A DNA stretch of 63,484 nucleotides, filler included, from Licmophora abbreviata (lineage: Eukaryota), in NCBI GenBank assembly GCA_900291995.1. It is 9 parts of 9 records of this genome, joined end to end, with 100 filler letters (N's around TTAATTAATTAA, not from the genome) between each part and the next. Parts side by side here need not be neighbours in the genome. Positions count along the whole stretch, not along the records: positions 57,254 to 62,129 come from OLMU01004837.1; positions 62,230 to 63,484 come from OLMU01004858.1; 7 more parts are not named here. One strand, 5' to 3'. Under the pieces are notes generated by a model. The model did no database searches. It worked only from the letters and a program-made list of their open reading frames with translations, and was not told the DNA's origin. Made by a program: the position numbers and the translations under genes. Each line of letters begins with the position of its first letter. Within the stretch, counting starts at the first letter, position 1. Shown in pieces: positions 57,356-63,484 of the stretch.

Positions 57356-58669
57356 ATGACGGCGCAGCAGTTGAAGTTTCTGTTCGCTGTCTTATCGATT
57401 TTCCTCACAGATACAGTGAAATCTGTCGAAAGCAGGAAAGAGGAACTAGAACGATGGCAGCAGTGCGACGTGTTCTTGGCTCCTTCGGGATGGCAGAACG
57501 GAGGCTTCGGCGTCTTCGCGGCTCGTTCATTCGAGAAGGATGAGATTGTCGAACTAGCGCCCCTGTATCTTCCTTTTGATCTGGATTCTCCTGTCGTGAA
57601 GAACTCAGTGCTGCGCGATTATATTTATGGCTATCTCCGAGTCGACCCAGACGGCAGCAGCAACAAGCGAACTCAGGAGCTCGGTGCTGTCGTAACTGGC
57701 AACACGATGTTTCTCAATCATCATCCGACGGAGCCGAACCTCGCCTTTGGAAATTTTGGCCTCGAGCCTCCAGAAGGGAACACGCAAGGAGCTCAGAGTG
57801 TTGGCTTGGTTGCGACGAGAGACATTTTGCCTGGGGAAGAGCTGTTTTCTAAGTATGGGTCGGATGAGAGCGGGGAACAGTGGTTTCGCGACCGTGATCT
57901 CCCCCTGATGGAAGTGCCAAAAGAGGGATTGCGAATGGACGAAGCAGATCTTTCAGCGACCTCGCAACACTTTTGCTCCAAGATCTATGCAGGAATCGGG
58001 ATACCGACATGGAGAGACCGTGTCGCCCCATCGCAGTCAGCTGGCGGAACACCCTTTTCCGTCAATCCTGATCGTCTAGCTCCGTTCGATGCCGGTTTTC
58101 ACGACGCTGTGGCGAAAGTCAATGTTGCTTATGGGGACATTTTGGAAACAGTACCAGCGCTCGTGATTGCCAAGGAGACGGTCGATGGTACAGCCTTGGC
58201 GCCGCTTGTCTTCTCGTGGGAAGACTTACACCCCGCGCAACAATCCTTGCTGGAACAGTTTCGTATGACTGGAGATTTGGTCATGCAGCATCAAGGAGCT
58301 GACAATGACTGGAGGCGGGAGGACCAGTGGCAAGGATTCGATCAAGTCACTATATTTGCCGCGTCGGGGCACATGGCATCCTTACGACGCGTCGGGGGAC
58401 ACAATCCGAACTGTCGACTGGATATCTTGTCATCGGGCATGGAGGACGGAAACGCCGGGATCGTTCTACAGCTCGTAGCAACAGAAAGTGTCATGGCGGG
58501 AGAAGTATTGAAGCTAGATTTACCACCCACGAGTGCTTCCGAAGAGGAAATGGCGATGCTGAAGGCCGAACTGGTACGCACGGGGCAACCCCTGTCTGCT
58601 GATATCCGGACGCAGCAGGACTCAGCGACGGGCGGAAGTAACGTGGCCGGGACTTCGAATGAATTATAG
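57356..58669 (+). CDS. Signal-peptide-bearing SET domain protein
   Basis: Hydrophobic N-terminus; CDVFLAPS..GFGVFAARSF, FLNHH..PN, ATRDILPGEELFSKYG; a degenerate second SET-like half (NPNC..VATESVMAGEVL). Confidence 0.82.
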   Translation: MTAQQLKFLFAVLSIFLTDTVKSVESRKEELERWQQCDVFLAPSGWQNGGFGVFAARSFEKDEIVELAPLYLPFDLDSPVVKNSVLRDYIYGYLRVDPDGSSNKRTQELGAVVTGNTMFLNHHPTEPNLAFGNFGLEPPEGNTQGAQSVGLVATRDILPGEELFSKYGSDESGEQWFRDRDLPLMEVPKEGLRMDEADLSATSQHFCSKIYAGIGIPTWRDRVAPSQSAGGTPFSVNPDRLAPFDAGFHDAVAKVNVAYGDILETVPALVIAKETVDGTALAPLVFSWEDLHPAQQSLLEQFRMTGDLVMQHQGADNDWRREDQWQGFDQVTIFAASGHMASLRRVGGHNPNCRLDILSSGMEDGNAGIVLQLVATESVMAGEVLKLDLPPTSASEEEMAMLKAELVRTGQPLSADIRTQQDSATGGSNVAGTSNEL

Positions 58670-59049
58670 TAGCCACGACATACCGGTATGGCATAGAAGG
58701 CAACTTTAGGTTCCCTGGTACAAACAGGTAGGTATGACGTTTGGTGTATGAATCGAAGGTGGTTTCATTCTTCGCATCGATAGTATGAAGCTACGAAGCT
58801 GCGATACAACAGACTGTGACAGCATCGACTAGTAGACACGAATTGGTATTTCAACGATATCTAGACTCACTCCTACTCGATCGAATGTAGAGTGAACATA
58901 TACCTCAAACACAAACCCCGACTGACAGTTGCTTCTTGATCAGGCACTTTTGCGCTCGTCTGTCGCCACGCACCTCGTCCAACCGCGTGCACCTTGACAG
59001 CCCACGACCGTTCCGACGCAAAAAGGACCCTTTCTCGTTCCGTTCCAGA

Positions 59050-59900
59050 CTAGTACTTATCCTCTTGGTGTTGACCCTGACGCCGATTACGCCCTCCAAA
59101 GGACGAATAAGCTTCCGTCTGCGGTTCTTGCTCGTCATGCTGACGCCCATGCTCTTCGTCCAAGCGCTTCCTCCGTTCGGACGGACGCTCGAAGTGAGCA
59201 CGCTCCGCTTTCTCTTCCTTGTGCTTTTCTTCGTTTTCTGCCGTGTACTTTTCCATCAAGTCATGCAGTTCCTTACGTTTGGCTTCGGTCTTGAGCCGGA
59301 ATTCTTCTTCGGGCAGTTCATTTTCGTTGGCCTCCCTCAACGCTGTTTCCGCCTTGTTGAGTTCGTCCTGGACCGCTTCGATTTTCAAGCTTTGCTCCTG
59401 TAATTTCCAATGTACGCGCAAACAAAAAAGAGACGGCGTAAGACACGGCTAAATTGGAAAGAGAGACGTTCAGGGATCTTATTTTTGCTGACATACTCTC
59501 GAGAAGTGGACCGTCGTCGCCTTCTTTTGAATCCGAGCGTCTACAGCTTTGGCATCAATACCCTTGCTGGCGAGAACCTCTTCCCGCGGCTTGGCGGCTC
59601 CAAAGGGATTCGATTTGGCGCTGGAATGGGACTGCGACGACCCGTGAGGCTGGGCCGAGCGAGGCTTCAACTGTGTAATAGTAAAAAGGATGATAAGCGT
59701 GAGACGCTAGACGTTTGTGGTTCAGCGGCTAAGTACCGAATTTGGAAATTGAGCAGATGTCAATCGATTTCTCAGTTTTGCTTCTCTCCTCATACCTGTA
59801 GCTTCTTGCGCCGAGGGGGGCCACTCGAGACGACTTCTGGTGCTTTCTCGTGGTGGCTACTGCCTTCGGGTTCGTCGCTTTGATCAGCCCAAGAGCTCAT
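59050..59900 (-). CDS. eIF4B-like protein (plant/stramenopile type), three exons
   Basis: MSSWAD, PPRRKKLQ/LKPRS, KSNPFGAAKPREEVLASKG, followed by a coiled coil. Confidence 0.7.
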
Positions 59901-60348
59901 GGTCATACAGGGTGCCTCGTGGCTCGTGGGTAACGGCTGGATCTTTTTGTGGCTCCGCGTCGACGCTGTTTGTTGTCTTTTCGATAGTCGCGCGCGGTGT
60001 TGTGCTCTCATTCATTCGGCCCTCACCAAGTGAATGCGAAATATTTAGCAGCCTACTCTTCAAAATGGAGAAACAGATGTGAGTCTCCGGGTGATCGGTA
60101 TCTTTTCTTCTCTATCGACAAGAGATTAAAAGTCCACAGACGGAAGCGTAGGTCTAAAACGATAGACAGCTCGGGCAAAACGAAGGTTTCCCACATATGA
60201 CAACAGATCCACTGATTGGACTATGCTTCTGGATAGCAAGTACCGGTATGGCGTCGGTAGACATTTCGTAATCTCTTACAATAAAATACGACTACAGCAG
60301 GAGAGACCTCGTCAGCATAGTTCTACCACATGTTGTATAAGGCGTTTT

Positions 60349-61518
60349 CTATCTCACCGACACGAACTCCTCTGGACGACTGTCTGCTGCCTCCATCCTG
60401 CCGGTCGGGTTCACAATGTACATGGCAATGACCGTCCGTCCGTAGCGCCGATTCCGAACCCCGACCATGGCACCGCCATCCTCGCGGCTGTATACGTGCG
60501 GAAGACACCCCAGCTCGATCGGGTACTCGATAAGTACAATCGAATCGTCGCCCATAGCAGGTGAGTTTGCCACGGCATCGAGTAAGTCTCCATAGACAAC
60601 CTCCTCATAAGGCGGACACATGGTGACGATCTGGAACTGCGTTCCAATTGGAATGCCAGCGGAATAGGGATCTCGAAGGACAGTCAGAGCATCGTTGCAA
60701 AGGACGTCAGCTTTGCCTTGAAACTGACACCACTCAATGTTTCGGCGAACGGCATCACAACAATCCTGTGCTAGATCGACAAAGGTGCAGTGCGCGGCAC
60801 CTCGACTCAGCGACTCCAATCCGACGCTGCCGCTTCCTGCAAAAATGTCCAAGTGCTTGGTAATTTCCCCATCGTACAGTCCAAAGGAGGTGAATGTGCT
60901 ATACACAGCTTCTCTCACTTTTCCCATCATTGGTCGCAGATACACTTCAGGTGAGTCGAGCCGTCGTCCTTTCGCGCTCCCACCAATGATTTTCAACATG
61001 CTAGGGTTGTTGAGACCAGCCTCTCGCGCCTTGCCCTGCGATCGCAATCGCGGATTTGTTGAACCACCGGCTGAACGTGGAAATGGAGATGAGAGGGCTC
61101 AAACTATGCATGGAAAAAAATAAATTGCATGGATACAGCGCAATATCGACTCACCACCCTTCGTTCGGACAGCTTTCGGAACGACATGTCCCAGAGTGGC
61201 ACGTTTCGCTTTGACTTTTCGTTTCAGGTTCGCTGGAAGGTCCTTTCCCCCCTCTGGTGTACTGTCCACTCTGAATGTGTTGAATGAGTAAAAACCGTGA
61301 AATTTGGGTTAGCTGCGTAGTGCACAGTGGCGAGTCAGGGCGTCGGACATCAAATTGTTCCCTGGCAGCACGTACCGAACCAACGATCGCGGGTTCCGCT
61401 TGATTCGAGTATTCTGACCCCATCTTCTTGAGTCGAAATCATTGACAAATGATTCTATCGGTGTACACCACACAATTGTCGAGAGAAACGACAGAAATCG
61501 CACCACAATGCGTCCCAT
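60349..61518 (-). CDS. rsmD: RsmD-like 16S rRNA m2G966 methyltransferase (organellar)
   Basis: LKIIGGSAKGRRL..LRPMMGKVREAVY, LDIFAGSGSVGLESLSRGA, PPY, RRYGRT. Two upstream exons splice in frame (..RSLVR/VDSTPEGGKDLPANLKRKVK..). Confidence 0.88.
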
Positions 61519-61955
61519 CGTCGAGAGCGGCGTCAGCTGATGACAGTTCTACTGTCACTAGAAAAAAGTGATTTTCGTGGTGCTGAGTGAGTGCCAAACA
61601 CCTACTACGGTCCACGGCCAGACAAGGCTAAGATGGATGACCACACACAAGACGCCGTAGCGCGGGGTTGTTGTGCTGGTAGTGAAATACTGTTCGTCTA
61701 CATGATACCGGTACGACTACATAACATGTTACATTGCCGACCACTGACTTGCATCTTAGGATAAGTATCTTTTTGTTGCGATTCTACATGGCACTCGTCC
61801 TCCGAGACTCTATGGTCAACTTATCATGGTTGACACGTCCGTGGCTCCTCCTCTGTTCATTCGTTGGACTTGATTCACACGAAGTGTCTATCTGTTCGCC
61901 TGCCCTTGGCGCATTGCACTAATCGCATTTCAAGTTGCTTCGTTGTAGAAACTTA

Positions 61956-62129
61956 CTACTCTTCCCCATCCTTGTGCTCTGTCAAGTCATGTACTTCACC
62001 CTTGGAGGCCATGAGGTATCCGATATTCAGCAACATCGCGAACCATACGGTATGCAGAATAATCAATAGTGACATCAAACCGATAAAGACAACAAAGAGA
62101 TACTCGTAAAGAACACGCAGCAAGTGCAT
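61956..62129 (-). CDS. 3' fragment of a TLC-domain ceramide synthase (LAG1/LAC1-like)
   Basis: Reads ..VFIGLMSLLIILHTVWFAMLLNIGYLMASKGEVHDLTEHKDGEE, matching the LH.xW helix and D-rich tail of ceramide synthases. The 5' part is lost in the gap. Confidence 0.6.
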   Translation of the reverse strand: MHLLRVLYEYLFVVFIGLMSLLIILHTVWFAMLLNIGYLMASKGEVHDLTEHKDGEE

Positions 62130-62229
62130 NNNNNNNNNNNNNNNNNNNNNNNNNNNNNNNNNNNNNNNNNNNNTTAATTAATTAANNNNNNNNNNNNNNN
62201 NNNNNNNNNNNNNNNNNNNNNNNNNNNNN
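62130..62229. other. Artificial assembly spacer
   Basis: 44 N + TTAATTAATTAA + 44 N. Confidence 0.98.
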
Positions 62230-63090
62230 CCCAGTAGTTATTATGTACGTGAAGTCTCGAGGAAGAACGCAGACGAGAGACAAAAATGACGATTGGCTAG
62301 GTTGCTGCGACTCGCAGCAAGAAAGTACGGCGCTGTAAACAAGCGGTTGCTTACTCGATCAAGCGAACGCAAAGTTCCTGGAATAGACCGTTTGGGGTGG
62401 GAGAGTTGACGGCGCACAAGGAAAAGCTTTGCGACCAGGCAGGTGATGGGAAACTGCAACTCAAAGTAATAGCATAGACATTTAGATAGTGTATGATGGT
62501 CTTGAACATCAGCGATGAGCAAAATTACGGGACACTCTGGTACAGCAGCTCTCTTTCTCTCGCTGTACTGGTTACTTTAGGGAGAGAGTACCGAACGTCG
62601 TACGTGGTCCTACATGAGGTTTTACCGCTTCTGTGGTCTACATGTGAAGATCGACCGACACCCACCTGTGCTATAGCCCCGCAACCCGCAGATCCGGTCC
62701 ACAAGCATAGATACGAGCAGCCCCCCATGTAGAGCATACGAAGTTCCAGTACCAAATATCGATGACTCCGTTATGTCCTCATGACAGTCATGAAAGGCCC
62801 AAGAATTGCTGCGTTAGTCTTGGTGTTTATATATGACTTTTTGAGAGACTTATGCCTGAGGGTGCGAGAGTCATTCTTGTGATATGCCCTCTACTCAACT
62901 ATGCGCAGAGTGTACCAGCATAACTCACCGGCAAGCCAAAGTGGCATATGTGTTTGAAAATCCTCAGGGGCTTTTTCATCATCACATTTATAAACTGCCT
63001 CTCTCTCGCTTTCATTTTTCATCGCCAGTCAACGCAAGTCGAAGGAGCCTTGTTTTGTTGTTGTATCATACCGACAATTATTCCTGCGAT

Positions 63091-63484
63091 ATGCTGTTTC
63101 GCTGGCTTCTTTTTGTTGGGCTGTTTGCCCAAGGCAGGGCCTGTCGCAGTCATCAAGTCGTTCGACGCGTGCTAGTGGATGGCGAGACGCCGAGTTCCGA
63201 CAATCCTCAAATGTTCTTCCCAATTGATGACAATTCTCTTCCTGGAGCTGAGGGCAGATACTGCTCGTCCAAACATCCATCTGGGGACCAATTAGAGCGG
63301 GAGGCTGCCGAGATTCGGGTGTTCGAAAAGACTCAGGGGACTCGGAGGCTGGGCGAAGAGACGATTAGCATCGACGTACACTTCCACATTGTGGCCAACG
63401 TTCCGAGCATGTCGGGAAATATATATAATTGGCAAGTCAATGGCCAGATAGGGAAGCTCAACGAGGAGTTTTCCAAGACTCCTT
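63091..63484 (+). CDS. 5' part of a secreted M43 (pappalysin/ulilysin-like) metalloprotease
   Basis: Open frame from ATG 63091 to the window end, absent from the ORF track: signal peptide MLFRWLLFVGLFAQG, RYC (cysteine-switch-like), RRL, TISIDVHFHIV..GNI..QVNGQIGKLNEEF..TP. Confidence 0.7.
   Translation, partial: MLFRWLLFVGLFAQGRACRSHQVVRRVLVDGETPSSDNPQMFFPIDDNSLPGAEGRYCSSKHPSGDQLEREAAEIRVFEKTQGTRRLGEETISIDVHFHIVANVPSMSGNIYNWQVNGQIGKLNEEFSKTP

Noticed and set aside
62230..63090. Short ORFs after the last spacer as the missing 5' part of the ceramide synthase
   Set aside because: No TLC/Lag1 motifs were found in the frames I read.

Overview
Gene-dense eukaryotic nuclear DNA with short GT-AG introns, most likely from a diatom (probably pennate). 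The evidence is bipartite plastid-targeting presequences with a signal-peptide+AF motif, frequent RxL motifs, diatom-style HSF and LRR proteins, and an Ambal-like retrotransposon. Eight identical 100-bp artificial spacers (44 N + TTAATTAATTAA + 44 N) split the window into nine contigs. At least two genes run across a spacer, so some joins are true scaffold gaps. Recognisable housekeeping genes are SufD, a SHAQKYF-type Myb, OLA1/YchF, MTHFR, a Lin0512-family protein, two SET proteins, a RING protein, PAT1, HIG1, HSF, PDCD2, an MDR oxidoreductase, an eIF4B-like protein, an RsmD-like methyltransferase, a ceramide synthase 3' end and an M43 protease 5' end. The most interesting observations: (1) three clustered paralogous secreted proteins in which a six-cysteine domain is split by a ~160-200 aa charged coiled coil; (2) a 2.57-kb contig that is an exact in-frame circular permutation of a 5'-truncated Ambal-like LINE with a hairpin-rich 3' UTR; (3) a glycan-tailoring neighbourhood (GT2 x2, SGNH-like, DUF268; GT23-like x2), each part next to an AIG1/FAR-17a-like membrane protein paralog; (4) a tail-to-tail pair of genes sharing an unnamed ~55-aa repeat domain; (5) a non-coding enrichment of the palindrome TACCGGTA. 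All family calls come from motif recognition by eye; no searches were run.
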